From: an uncultured bacterium
Lineage (GTDB): Bacteria > Patescibacteriota > Patescibacteriia > Patescibacteriales > UBA12465
Assembly: GCA_903945435.1 (NCBI GenBank)
Contig: CAJAVM010000021.1
Coordinates: forward strand, 1-57,586
Length of the DNA stretch: 57,586 nucleotides
Direction: 5' to 3'
Under the pieces are notes generated by a model that saw only the letters and a list, made by a program, of their open reading frames with translations, did not search any database and had not been told where the DNA came from. Positions 26,781 to 36,039 of this stretch are shown one piece after another (the stretch's first letter is position 1; the number at the start of each line of letters is the position of its first letter). The translations under genes were made by a program, and so were the position numbers.

Positions 26781-28462
26781 TGGCTTCTTTTTTTGATTAC
26801 AAAAGATTCAATTGCCAACACGTCCATACCGGTTTCAAAAAAAGTGCTCAAAGCATGAGCCGGAGTACAAACAATTGGCTCTCTTTCATTATTAAATGAT
26901 GTGTTCAAAACAATGGGCACGCCAGTTAACATTTGGAAGTTGCTCAATACGTCATAGAAATTTTTATTTAGAGCCGATGTTACTGTTTGAGGCCTAACCG
27001 AGTTATCAATATGAACTACGGCTGGTATCAAACTTGTCTTCTCAGCTTTCACAAAATTTCTAAATAACATATAGGGGGAGTGAGTCGGTAAAATAAAATA
27101 ATCATCATTTTCTTCGGCTAAAATTGCTGGGGCTAAAGGTCTCCACAACTCTCTGGATTTGATTTTATTAACAATCGTGTGATTATCAATTTTTCTCGGA
27201 TCAGCTAAAATACTTCTCCCTCCCAATGCACGAGGCCCAACTTCCATTCGGCCTTGAAAATAACCAACTATTTTACCCTGAACTAAATGCTTTGAAACTT
27301 CAAAGTTTACGTCCGATGATTCAGTAAAATTAATTCCTGATTTTATTAAACATTCACGAACTTCATCGTTGGTAAAACCAGGCCCTAAATAAGGACTAGT
27401 AAAAAAATTTACTGGTATAACATCGAGCATAGAGACTGCAGCGCCTAAAGCCACTCCGCTATCGTTAGCTGCCGGGTGGACAAAAACCTGTTCGGCTATT
27501 TTTCTTTCCATCAGCATGCCATTAGCAGAACAATTGAGCGTCGCTCCTCCAGCTAAACAAACCTGTTTAGCACCGGTAAGAGTAAGAGCGGTGTGAACAT
27601 ACCACATATACATCTTCTCAAATTCGAGTTGAATGGAAACCGCAATATCTTTTTCTCTTGCACCAAATGTGGGATTAGATTCAAAGCTTCCGTTCATTTT
27701 GTTAAACGAATAAGGAGCATTAATCTTATCGCCCCATTTTTTTACAAACACATCTACCCAATAGCGAATCATTGCTTCTTCCCAGTCTAAAATGTAATTC
27801 TGTTCTAATTTCATTTGAGAGAGATGAGAAGAAATTAAACTCGCGTCCCCAGTAAAGAAAACCGGATTATTACCATGACTGGCTAAACCCATTAATTTCC
27901 CTGCGTGATGGCGACTAAGTCCAATATACTCGCAAGCGGCAGCATAAAAGAATCCTGGCGAAAAAGGAACATTACAGGCTAACATTTTTTTAAGTTTACC
28001 TTGTTCTCCTTTGTAGATACTAACCGCGGAATCTTCCCCAGCGCCATCTAAAACAACGACTGCCATAGTCTCGTCATTAGAACGAGAACAATAAGCACTC
28101 GCGGCATGAGCGAAATGATGATCAACAAATTCGATAGGAATGTGTTTTGTTTTATTAGGGTAATACTTCTTGGGAAATAATATTGCATTCAAATCGCTTT
28201 CGCTAAAATCAAAGCTTCTCCCATGAAGTTCATGCAAAAGGGGTAAATTCCACCCCCAAGCAATCAAATCTACATCATTTGGCGATACATTCGCCGCCTG
28301 CAAACAGTAAGCAATCGAGTTCTTTGGCAAACAATCAAAAGCATGTTTCTGACGAGTAAAACGCTCTTCTTCAACATAGGCAATTAACTTACCATCTACA
28401 ATGATACAAGCCGAAGCATCATGGCTTCGCTCTATCCATCCATTAATTCCTACAATAATCAT
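26777..28462 (-). CDS. NodU/CmcH/TobZ-family carbamoyltransferase
   Basis: EEERFTR, HHFAHAASAY, DGAGE, GKLMGLA, GPRALGGRS, NTSFN; SD gaaaggag before ATG 28462. Confidence 0.93.
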   Translation of the reverse strand: MIIVGINGWIERSHDASACIIVDGKLIAYVEEERFTRQKHAFDCLPKNSIAYCLQAANVSPNDVDLIAWGWNLPLLHELHGRSFDFSESDLNAILFPKKYYPNKTKHIPIEFVDHHFAHAASAYCSRSNDETMAVVVLDGAGEDSAVSIYKGEQGKLKKMLACNVPFSPGFFYAAACEYIGLSRHHAGKLMGLASHGNNPVFFTGDASLISSHLSQMKLEQNYILDWEEAMIRYWVDVFVKKWGDKINAPYSFNKMNGSFESNPTFGAREKDIAVSIQLEFEKMYMWYVHTALTLTGAKQVCLAGGATLNCSANGMLMERKIAEQVFVHPAANDSGVALGAAVSMLDVIPVNFFTSPYLGPGFTNDEVRECLIKSGINFTESSDVNFEVSKHLVQGKIVGYFQGRMEVGPRALGGRSILADPRKIDNHTIVNKIKSRELWRPLAPAILAEENDDYFILPTHSPYMLFRNFVKAEKTSLIPAVVHIDNSVRPQTVTSALNKNFYDVLSNFQMLTGVPIVLNTSFNNEREPIVCTPAHALSTFFETGMDVLAIESFVIKKRSQ

Positions 28463-28666
28463 GGTTATATCTCCTTTCAATTTTAATTATTACTCATATA
28501 ATTGTTAACGTGCATTAATATAATTTTCCCTTATATTAACTAGTTACCCTACCATCAATTGTAATATTAGTCAACACAAAAAAATCCCCCAGAATTCTTT
28601 AAACTTAGTTAAATTATTAACTCAGTTCAAGTAATCCGGAGGATAAAGTAGTGAAAAAAATAATTA

Positions 28667-29338
28667 TTAAATTGATAAAATACGCTCTGGGGAAACCACG
28701 CGATAATTGTACTCTCCGTGCCACACGTTACCATGTCGCAGCGGCTCTGCTCCAATCCGTAAACCGCCAAAGTAAACATAAACACCAGCAACAATGAAGT
28801 CATTCTCTGGTTTAATTATGTTAACTGGAGTAGATTCATCCTTTTTAATAAGAAAAAAAGTTCCGTTACCATTTTGTCTCAACCAATCAGGATATACTTC
28901 ACAAAATTCAATGACTTGATTTTGCGAAAGCCATTTCTCATTCCAGTTTCCTGGTAGAGCACTAAAAATATCTAGCGCCGTTCCTTTCTTAATCATTTCA
29001 TGCACTTGGATGCTTGTTTCAAGAGTAGAAATACCTGGATTATTTGTTCCCCATTTAACAAAATCCTGGTCAATACACTGCACAAAAGTCTTGTCGGCGT
29101 CATAAATAAGACGACTACCATCCAAGGCTCTTAGTGCTAGGGAGCAATTACTAGAAATTAGTCGAAGAATTTCTCCGGCAACTTGAGAGGTAATTCTTCT
29201 TTTTAAAAAGTCATCTAATTCCTCTTCCGTAGAGTAAATTAATTTCTGGAGAGCTTTGTAAAACAATGATTCTCCATCTTTAATTTTCTCAACAAGCATC
29301 TCGTTGATAAGGCCAAACTCCGTGTTTTCCATTTTCAA
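28667..29338 (-). CDS. hypothetical protein
   Basis: 223-aa ORF followed by a long terminator-like hairpin (about 28578-28644). Confidence 0.75.
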   Translation of the reverse strand: MKMENTEFGLINEMLVEKIKDGESLFYKALQKLIYSTEEELDDFLKRRITSQVAGEILRLISSNCSLALRALDGSRLIYDADKTFVQCIDQDFVKWGTNNPGISTLETSIQVHEMIKKGTALDIFSALPGNWNEKWLSQNQVIEFCEVYPDWLRQNGNGTFFLIKKDESTPVNIIKPENDFIVAGVYVYFGGLRIGAEPLRHGNVWHGEYNYRVVSPERILSI

Positions 29339-29365
29339 TTTTGTTGTTAAGGTGTGGTGTTTATT

Positions 29366-30040
29366 TTATTTTTTCTTAGTAGACTTTAAAATTAATTCTT
29401 TTCTTTCTGATTTCCAAATTATTTTATGCAATTGTATGCCAATGCGTACCTGTAAATCATCCTCCAATACCCATTTAGCTAACTTGTCAGCTTTTACTCC
29501 TCCAATCGGAGAAAAAATAATATTAGTTTTACCAACAATATTATATTTAGCAATTACATCTTTAGCAAACTGATAATCAAGCCTGCTCTTCATAATAAAC
29601 TTAACCTGGTCTTTTGGTTTAAGCGCTTTTAAATTATCAAAATGCATACTCTTATGCATCAAGGAGCTGGGGCATTTAATATCTAAAGAATAGAGAACAT
29701 TATTAGAATTAGGAAATTTTGTAATATCCATCGATCCGTTAGTTTCAATATCAATCTTAAAACCAGCTTTTAATAAATCCTCCATTAATATTTTAGTATT
29801 GACCTGGCTAAGTGGTTCTCCGCCGGTAATACAAATAAACTTTACTCCTTGTAATTTAGATTCTTCAACTAAATTACTAATACTAATCGACTCCCCTTTG
29901 CCATAAGCATATTTAGTATCACAATAGGAACAGCGTAAGTTGCACCCAGCTAACCTAATAAAAAACGTAGGTAAACCAGAATGAATACCTTCGCCCTGAA
30001 TAGACTTAAACTTCTCAATGATGTTAATTGTTTTTTCCAT
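29366..30040 (-). CDS. queE: 7-carboxy-7-deazaguanine synthase (radical SAM)
   Basis: SIQGEG, CNLRCSYCDT, TGGEPL, ETNG, QLHK. Confidence 0.93.
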   Translation of the reverse strand: MEKTINIIEKFKSIQGEGIHSGLPTFFIRLAGCNLRCSYCDTKYAYGKGESISISNLVEESKLQGVKFICITGGEPLSQVNTKILMEDLLKAGFKIDIETNGSMDITKFPNSNNVLYSLDIKCPSSLMHKSMHFDNLKALKPKDQVKFIMKSRLDYQFAKDVIAKYNIVGKTNIIFSPIGGVKADKLAKWVLEDDLQVRIGIQLHKIIWKSERKELILKSTKKK

Positions 30041-30374
30041 AGTATGTTACATAACTATCGGGGGTCTCCCAAAGTTCTATTTTATAAATAGGCAAATCTT
30101 TTTCTAAATGTTCCCAAATCCATACAGCCATATTTTCTGCGGTTGGCTGTTTAATTATATCGTTAATATAACTATGATCTAAAATATCCAACACCTTCTT
30201 CTCAACTATCATTTTAATAGCACTGAAATCAAAAACCATTCCTGATTTTTTATCAACATTTCCTTTTAAAGTCACATTGAGTAAGTACGTGTGTCCGTGT
30301 AAAAACTGACACTTTCCTTTATAATTGATTAGCTTATGGGCTGAATCAAAAGAAAACTTTTTAGTTATCAACAT
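30024..30374 (-). CDS. queD: 6-carboxytetrahydropterin synthase
   Basis: FDSAH, CQFLHGHTY, LDH, PTAEN, WET; start placed at ATG 30374. Confidence 0.93.
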   Translation of the reverse strand: MLITKKFSFDSAHKLINYKGKCQFLHGHTYLLNVTLKGNVDKKSGMVFDFSAIKMIVEKKVLDILDHSYINDIIKQPTAENMAVWIWEHLEKDLPIYKIELWETPDSYVTYYGKNN

Positions 30375-30387
30375 ATTAATTTCTTTT

Positions 30388-31161
30388 TTATTTTTCATTG
30401 ATAATGATGGCATAAGCGTTATGACTATGAATTGATTCAAAACTTAAACATTTAATAATATAATCTTCGACTCGTTTATCTTTTCTTGCCCAAACTCCAA
30501 TTTCTCTTACAATATCTTCTACAAACATGGGATTCTCATACATTTTTTCCGTAACATATTTCTCATCGACGCGTTTTAATAAAGAAAATAATTCACAGCT
30601 AGAACTTTTTTCAATTACTTTTATTAATTCATCGATATTGATATATTGATGAGATTTAATTCGTAAAGAAACTTCTGCTCTTTGATTATGAGCTCCATAA
30701 CGACTAATCTCCTTGCTGCAAGGACATAATGTAGCAATCGGGACCTTCACTTGAAAGTAGCTAATAATTTGATTTAACTCAGTTAATTCGTATTCGATTT
30801 TACATTGATAACTCATTGAAGAAGGTTTTCCAGATACTGGTGCTTTTTTGTTTAAAAAATATGTAAAATCAAAACTAATCTTTGAGGTTTTAGATTCAAG
30901 TTTATTTTTAATATTCTTTGAAGTAGCGATTAATAATTTTTCATTCAACTCCTTATCTTTAATTTGATAAGCAATTTGAGAAAACCGACTCATGTGAGTT
31001 CCCTTTAGGGTCGCGTCCAAATCTACTCCCATAGCCACGGTCGCAACTATTAATTGTTTTTTGGCGCCAGCACCAAAAAACAGAGGAATATTTACACCCG
31101 AGATACCAACTTCACTAATTTTTAAATTCCGACTATCTTTTTCTTTTTGAATATCTTTCAT
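30388..31161 (-). CDS. folE2: GTP cyclohydrolase IB
   Basis: GTHMSRF, TLCPCSKEIS, GAHNQR, FVED, ESIHSHNA. Confidence 0.94.
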   Translation of the reverse strand: MKDIQKEKDSRNLKISEVGISGVNIPLFFGAGAKKQLIVATVAMGVDLDATLKGTHMSRFSQIAYQIKDKELNEKLLIATSKNIKNKLESKTSKISFDFTYFLNKKAPVSGKPSSMSYQCKIEYELTELNQIISYFQVKVPIATLCPCSKEISRYGAHNQRAEVSLRIKSHQYINIDELIKVIEKSSSCELFSLLKRVDEKYVTEKMYENPMFVEDIVREIGVWARKDKRVEDYIIKCLSFESIHSHNAYAIIINEK

Positions 31162-31177
31162 ATATTTCTATATAAAA

Positions 31178-31612
31178 TTAATTTAAATCTTTAGATAAAA
31201 ACATGGCGATTTCGTTGCCGGTATTATCATAATACCGATCATTAAAACCGCAAATTCTAAAACCATTTTTTAAATAAGCAATTAAAGCATTGCTTAAAGA
31301 AGGTGCCTCAGCCATAACCGTTCTCGCTTTAATAGCCTTAGCTTCCTTAAGAATTTTTTTAATCAACTGTGTTCCATAACCATTTTTCCGAAAATTAGGA
31401 TGAACAAATATATCTATTACTGAGGCGGAATTATTCCAGGCATAATAATGAAAACCGCTAAATCCAACAATCTTATTCTCTTCGACTCCTACATAAAAAT
31501 AGTCATGACTACCTTCAATAATCTTTTTAAAATCTCTAATCTCTTTAAAATATTTATCATTCAAACGGTTAATTTCCGGGAGGTCTTTAATTGTTGCTCT
31601 TAATATTTTCAT
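31178..31612 (-). CDS. GNAT acetyltransferase
   Basis: VHPNFRKNGYG acetyl-CoA motif, YLKNGF. Confidence 0.88.
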   Translation of the reverse strand: MKILRATIKDLPEINRLNDKYFKEIRDFKKIIEGSHDYFYVGVEENKIVGFSGFHYYAWNNSASVIDIFVHPNFRKNGYGTQLIKKILKEAKAIKARTVMAEAPSLSNALIAYLKNGFRICGFNDRYYDNTGNEIAMFLSKDLN

Positions 31613-31616
31613 AAAT

Positions 31617-32021
31617 TTATATTAATTTTTCTATTGCCGAAAAATAGACTCTATTAAACCACTCTACCGTATCCAGTTCTATAATTTCTCTTAATGTAAA
31701 AAATCTTATCTCTTGCCCCTCTTTTAAAAATATACTTTTTATATCGCCCTTATAAAGCAGAGAATAAATAAAATGGCGATATATTTTGTTGTCTCCCGTA
31801 TCTTCAATTTCGTTAATAAATATCGGGTCTATATCTAAACCAAGCTCTTCCTGAACTTCTCGTTTTATACATTCCAGGGATGATTCGCCTAACTCTTTAC
31901 TACCACCAATAACTCCCCATTTTGCGGAACCGTTAATCTTAGGGTTTTTATCTCGTAATTGCAATAGTACCCGATTTTTATCGTCTAAAATTAAAACTTC
32001 GCACACTTCTATAATTTCCAT
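31617..32021 (-). CDS. NUDIX hydrolase
   Basis: GGSKELGESSLECIKREVQEELG Nudix box. Confidence 0.92.
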   Translation of the reverse strand: MEIIEVCEVLILDDKNRVLLQLRDKNPKINGSAKWGVIGGSKELGESSLECIKREVQEELGLDIDPIFINEIEDTGDNKIYRHFIYSLLYKGDIKSIFLKEGQEIRFFTLREIIELDTVEWFNRVYFSAIEKLI

Positions 32022-32022
32022 C

Positions 32023-33192
32023 TTATTTTATAATTACTCTATCAATCTCTAACTTCCTTCGCTCGACAGCATGGAGAGTATTAATAGATAAATTATTATA
32101 AAACACACTTAAATAACCGGGAACAATATCTAGAGATTTTTCTACTGCGATAATAAAATCTAATTTATTATTTCTAGCCATCTTACCAGCTTTAATTCTA
32201 GGAATCCAAACATTTTTAATTAATCCAGCCGGATCTTTGAGCGGATTAATTTTTACTTTTCCCTTTAAATCATAGCCTCCGGCTAATAAATAAACCGCCC
32301 TCTTAAGACAAGCATCACATTTACCACAACCACCGCCATAATAACAAGTAATCGTATCAAACGGACTAATTTTATATTTCTTTTCCCAATTTTTACGCCA
32401 ATATGAAATTATTTCAGATTTTGAATAAGCCTTAAAAGGCGAACCAGCTTTAATTATATTATTAGATTCTAGAGAGAAGAAATAAGAGGCTTTATCAAAA
32501 AAATATTGACTCTTATCCTTATTCTTACGAAAACCCATTTCATCTTTATGGGCACATAAATAAATATATTTTTTTGACAATTGAGAAAATTTTAAAATTG
32601 AATTTGCTAAACTTAAAAATAAAAAATTTCTTCCAGGAATAATAAAATCCCAATCTTTCCATCCGCGTAAGATATCTTTCTTCAAATTAATTTTTAAAAT
32701 TAACGGTTTGATCTTTAGCTTACCAGCAATTTTGTTGACTGCCTGATGCTCGGCGCTATTATTTCTTTGACCAAAATCTAGCCATAAAGGTAGAACCTCA
32801 ATATTTTTATCAAAAGCATAAAGTAGTCCAGCTGTACTATCCAGCCCGCCACTAAAATTTAACACCGCCCCAACATTTTTTAATGTATCAGTATTATAAT
32901 CAGAATTTTTAATTAACTCTGGAGCTGCTTTTAATTGTTTTAATCTAATATTGAATTTCATCGGCGCAATCCGATGATTTATAATATATGAGAGGAAGGA
33001 ATTTAATTTATTAACATTAATTTTTTTAGAGAAAATATCATTCAGCAATATACCATTACTTTTATTATATCCAGCTAACACGGTTAAGATAGCTAACTTA
33101 GTAAAATTATCCAAGAATACACTATTAAAACCGAGGCTTTTACTATCTATCAATATATCTCCCTGAGTTTTTTTGATGTTTCCAATTTTCAT
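32023..33192 (-). CDS. queC: QueC-family ATP pyrophosphatase with N- and C-terminal extensions
   Basis: SGGLDS PP-loop, FGQRN, IPGRNFLF, CYYGGGCGKCDAC Zn site; 389 aa. Confidence 0.8.
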   Translation of the reverse strand: MKIGNIKKTQGDILIDSKSLGFNSVFLDNFTKLAILTVLAGYNKSNGILLNDIFSKKINVNKLNSFLSYIINHRIAPMKFNIRLKQLKAAPELIKNSDYNTDTLKNVGAVLNFSGGLDSTAGLLYAFDKNIEVLPLWLDFGQRNNSAEHQAVNKIAGKLKIKPLILKINLKKDILRGWKDWDFIIPGRNFLFLSLANSILKFSQLSKKYIYLCAHKDEMGFRKNKDKSQYFFDKASYFFSLESNNIIKAGSPFKAYSKSEIISYWRKNWEKKYKISPFDTITCYYGGGCGKCDACLKRAVYLLAGGYDLKGKVKINPLKDPAGLIKNVWIPRIKAGKMARNNKLDFIIAVEKSLDIVPGYLSVFYNNLSINTLHAVERRKLEIDRVIIK

Positions 33193-33193
33193 A

Positions 33194-33913
33194 TTATTTT
33201 TTTGCTATCCACCACAAACGATGTGTTCGTAAAATGATTCCTCTTTTTTGATGCATTAATTCAATCTTTCTTAAATATTGTGCATCTTGCTTTTTATCAA
33301 AGTCGGCAATAATAGGCGTTCTTTCTAAAGTTCTTATTACGGCATTAGTAGAAGAAAATCTCTGATAATATACAAAGTCTTCCAATAAAACTTTTTGAAG
33401 TTTAAACTTATCAAACAGCTTTTGTACCGATTCTCTTTTTTTTATAAAGTATGGAAAATTTTGACCTCGATTAAAAATCTTTTTTAATTCTATTTTATCA
33501 GTTTCACCAATAGTCTCTTCAATTAAGAGTCCATTCTTTTTTAAAACCCTCAAAGCCTCTTTAAAAAAAAACGAGTTGGCGGATACTGGGCCACGAGAAC
33601 TATAAACAACATCAAACGTCTCGTCTTTAAAAGATAACTTTCGACCATCTTGAATTTTAAACAATACATTTTCTATATTTTGATTCTTTTTATCTTTATT
33701 GGCAGTTTTGATATAATCTACAAAACAATCAACACCAATTATTTTTTTACAATAGCGAGATACTTGGATTGTAAGCTCACCAGATCCGCAACCTAAATCC
33801 AGAACAACAAAATCTTTCTTAATATTTTTAATTAATAATTTAAAAAATACTGGCTTATTACCCGCAACCACCTTAGCACCTGACTTAAACTTATACCTAC
33901 TAAATTGTTTCAT
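33194..33913 (-). CDS. class I SAM methyltransferase
   Basis: VLDLGCGSG, FDVVYSSRGP, LRVLKKNG. Confidence 0.88.
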   Translation of the reverse strand: MKQFSRYKFKSGAKVVAGNKPVFFKLLIKNIKKDFVVLDLGCGSGELTIQVSRYCKKIIGVDCFVDYIKTANKDKKNQNIENVLFKIQDGRKLSFKDETFDVVYSSRGPVSANSFFFKEALRVLKKNGLLIEETIGETDKIELKKIFNRGQNFPYFIKKRESVQKLFDKFKLQKVLLEDFVYYQRFSSTNAVIRTLERTPIIADFDKKQDAQYLRKIELMHQKRGIILRTHRLWWIAKK

Positions 33914-33940
33914 CTTATATTACACAAAATAATTAGCTCA

Positions 33941-33969
33941 ACCATACAACAAAAAGTTATTTCTGTCAA
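33941..33969 (-). promoter_or_regulatory. sigma70-like promoter of the deazapurine operon
   Basis: Minus strand ttgaca-17 bp-tatggt. Confidence 0.55.
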
Positions 33970-33972
33970 AAA

Positions 33973-34563
33973 TTATAATTTATCATTATAATTTGTGACC
34001 ATCATGTCTGCTAAATTGTAGACATTAACAAAACGACTATCTTCTGAAGCGTTATCACCTTCTTCATAACCTAGCTCTACACCATATACCGCGAACTTCT
34101 CATTAGATATCCAATAGGCCCCACTAAAACTACAGGCGGTTCCGCACTGAGTGACCACATAGACCTTGTTTATTTTTAAGTCCCACAAAGAAACCGTCAT
34201 ATCCGGTTCGCTAGTAGATATTTCTAAAACATGAGTACCATCTGGGCTGGTTTTTATTGTCTCTTCATAGGAGGGCGGGTCTGACTTAAAAAATATAGGG
34301 CTACCATCAACCTGGAAGTAGGGATTAACAACAGATAAGCCTGCATCATCAGCCATATTGATCAAAAATAAATCAGCTAAAGAAAATTCTCGGCTGGAAA
34401 TCAAATGATATTTATCGGCCCCTGGTAATTCAGAGAAATCTCGATTTTGTAGTATTTCGATTGAGGATTTCGGAATTTTAATTCCATCTTTATAAAAAAA
34501 GACGAAAAATAGTATTCCCGTCGCAAAAATTACCACCAATAATATTTTAAAAATATTTTTCAT
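33973..34563 (-). CDS. membrane-anchored hypothetical protein
   Basis: N-terminal TM; SPDG and beta-rich segments, CGTAC. Confidence 0.7.
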   Translation of the reverse strand: MKNIFKILLVVIFATGILFFVFFYKDGIKIPKSSIEILQNRDFSELPGADKYHLISSREFSLADLFLINMADDAGLSVVNPYFQVDGSPIFFKSDPPSYEETIKTSPDGTHVLEISTSEPDMTVSLWDLKINKVYVVTQCGTACSFSGAYWISNEKFAVYGVELGYEEGDNASEDSRFVNVYNLADMMVTNYNDKL

Positions 34564-34633
34564 ATCATTATCTATTATCTATTTAAATAATAGCACTATT
34601 TGTCTTTTTTCAAAAATAACCTACAATACATAT

Positions 34634-35680
34634 ATGTATATTTTGGGTATAGAAACTAGTTGCGACGAAACCGCCGCCTCAATAATTAAAGCCGACAAAA
34701 AAACCGGCAAGGTTATTGTTTTGTCTAATATCATTTCTTCGCAAATAGAAATTCATCAAAAGTATGGAGGTGTTGTTCCGGAGGTTGCCGCCAGAGAACA
34801 CGTGCTTAATATTTTACCAGTTATTGACGAAGCTTTATCTAAAGCAAAAATAAGTAATAAAAAACTAGATTTAATCGCTATAACCAAAGGGCCCGGACTT
34901 ATCACATCTCTCATGACAGGAATGGAGACTGTCCGCACGCTAGCTTTTGCTTGGGATAAACCAGTAATTGAAGTAAACCACATTGAGGGTCATATTTATT
35001 CTAATTTTATAAATCCAGAAAGTAAGATTAATTTTCCGGCTATTATTTTAACTGTTTCTGGAGGACATACCAATTTAGTTCTCATGGATAAAACTAGAAA
35101 GATAAAAATCATTGGCGAGACTTTAGATGATGCCGCTGGTGAAGCATTTGATAAAGGCTCAAAAATGATGGAGCTCGGATACCCTGGCGGTCCTATTATC
35201 TCCAAGTACGCTGAACAGTATCAACAAAAAAATGTTTTAAACAATGTTAGTGATATCAAGCTTCCTCGCCCAATGTTAAATTCCAATAATAACAACTTCT
35301 CTTTTTCCGGCCTCAAGACAGCCTTGCTATATCAATTACAAAAAGATGATAGCTGGACCAAACGCATAGATGAATACTGTTTTGAATACCAACAAGCAAT
35401 TATCGACGTACTAATAGGTAAAACTATAAAAGCAGCTCAAAAAACTGGCGCAAAAACTGTGATGCTCTCTGGGGGAGTAAGCGCTAATCGCGCCTTGCGG
35501 GCTTGTTTAAAAACGGCAGTAAACCAAAAACTTACAAAAGTAAATTTTCTAGTTCCCGCACATGAATATACAACTGATAACGCAGCCATGATTGCAACCG
35601 CTGGATTTTTTACTTCACTAACAGGTAAATTAACTAATTTTACTAAATTAAGAGTTAACCCCAGTTTACAACTTAAATAA
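34634..35680 (+). CDS. tsaD: tRNA t6A threonylcarbamoyltransferase
   Basis: LGIETSCDET, GGVVPEVAAREH, NHIEGH, SGGHT, DDAAGEAFDK, TDNAAMIA. Confidence 0.96.
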   Translation: MYILGIETSCDETAASIIKADKKTGKVIVLSNIISSQIEIHQKYGGVVPEVAAREHVLNILPVIDEALSKAKISNKKLDLIAITKGPGLITSLMTGMETVRTLAFAWDKPVIEVNHIEGHIYSNFINPESKINFPAIILTVSGGHTNLVLMDKTRKIKIIGETLDDAAGEAFDKGSKMMELGYPGGPIISKYAEQYQQKNVLNNVSDIKLPRPMLNSNNNNFSFSGLKTALLYQLQKDDSWTKRIDEYCFEYQQAIIDVLIGKTIKAAQKTGAKTVMLSGGVSANRALRACLKTAVNQKLTKVNFLVPAHEYTTDNAAMIATAGFFTSLTGKLTNFTKLRVNPSLQLK

Positions 35681-35717
35681 GATAAGCTAAAATCCAATTA
35701 TTGATATCATGAGGTAT

Positions 35718-35794
35718 GGCTTGATGGCGAAGTGGTCTAACGCTGCAGTTTGCAAAACTGCCATTCGTGGGTTCGACTCCCACTCAAGCCTCCA
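35718..35794 (+). tRNA. tRNA-Cys (GCA)
   Basis: Anticodon arm gcagt-ttgcaaa-actgc, gttcgac, encoded CCA; terminator at 35795-35824. Confidence 0.94.
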
Positions 35795-36005
35795 AAAAAC
35801 CCTTAATTTTTATTAAGGGTTTTTGTTTACTGTCACCAATTATATTCACGGCTAAAACTTGACGAAACCTGTGGATAACTTGTGTTACAAGTGCATAAAT
35901 TCATTTTTTTAGTCTAAGATATAGTGGACTTAACTTTTCAAATTTTTAGAATATTGATTAATATTAGCTAAATATTATAAAATAATGGATTTAAGTCCAC
36001 AATAC

Positions 36006-36034
36006 TTGACCACTATTTTTTAAAGTGCTATTAT
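36006..36034 (+). promoter_or_regulatory. sigma70-like promoter
   Basis: ttgacc-17 bp-tattat with extended -10 TG. Confidence 0.65.
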
Positions 36035-36039
36035 TATAG

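Noticed and set aside
33914-33972. preQ1 riboswitch before the que operon
   Set aside because: The leader is about 20 nt after the promoter, with no stem-loop plus A-rich tail
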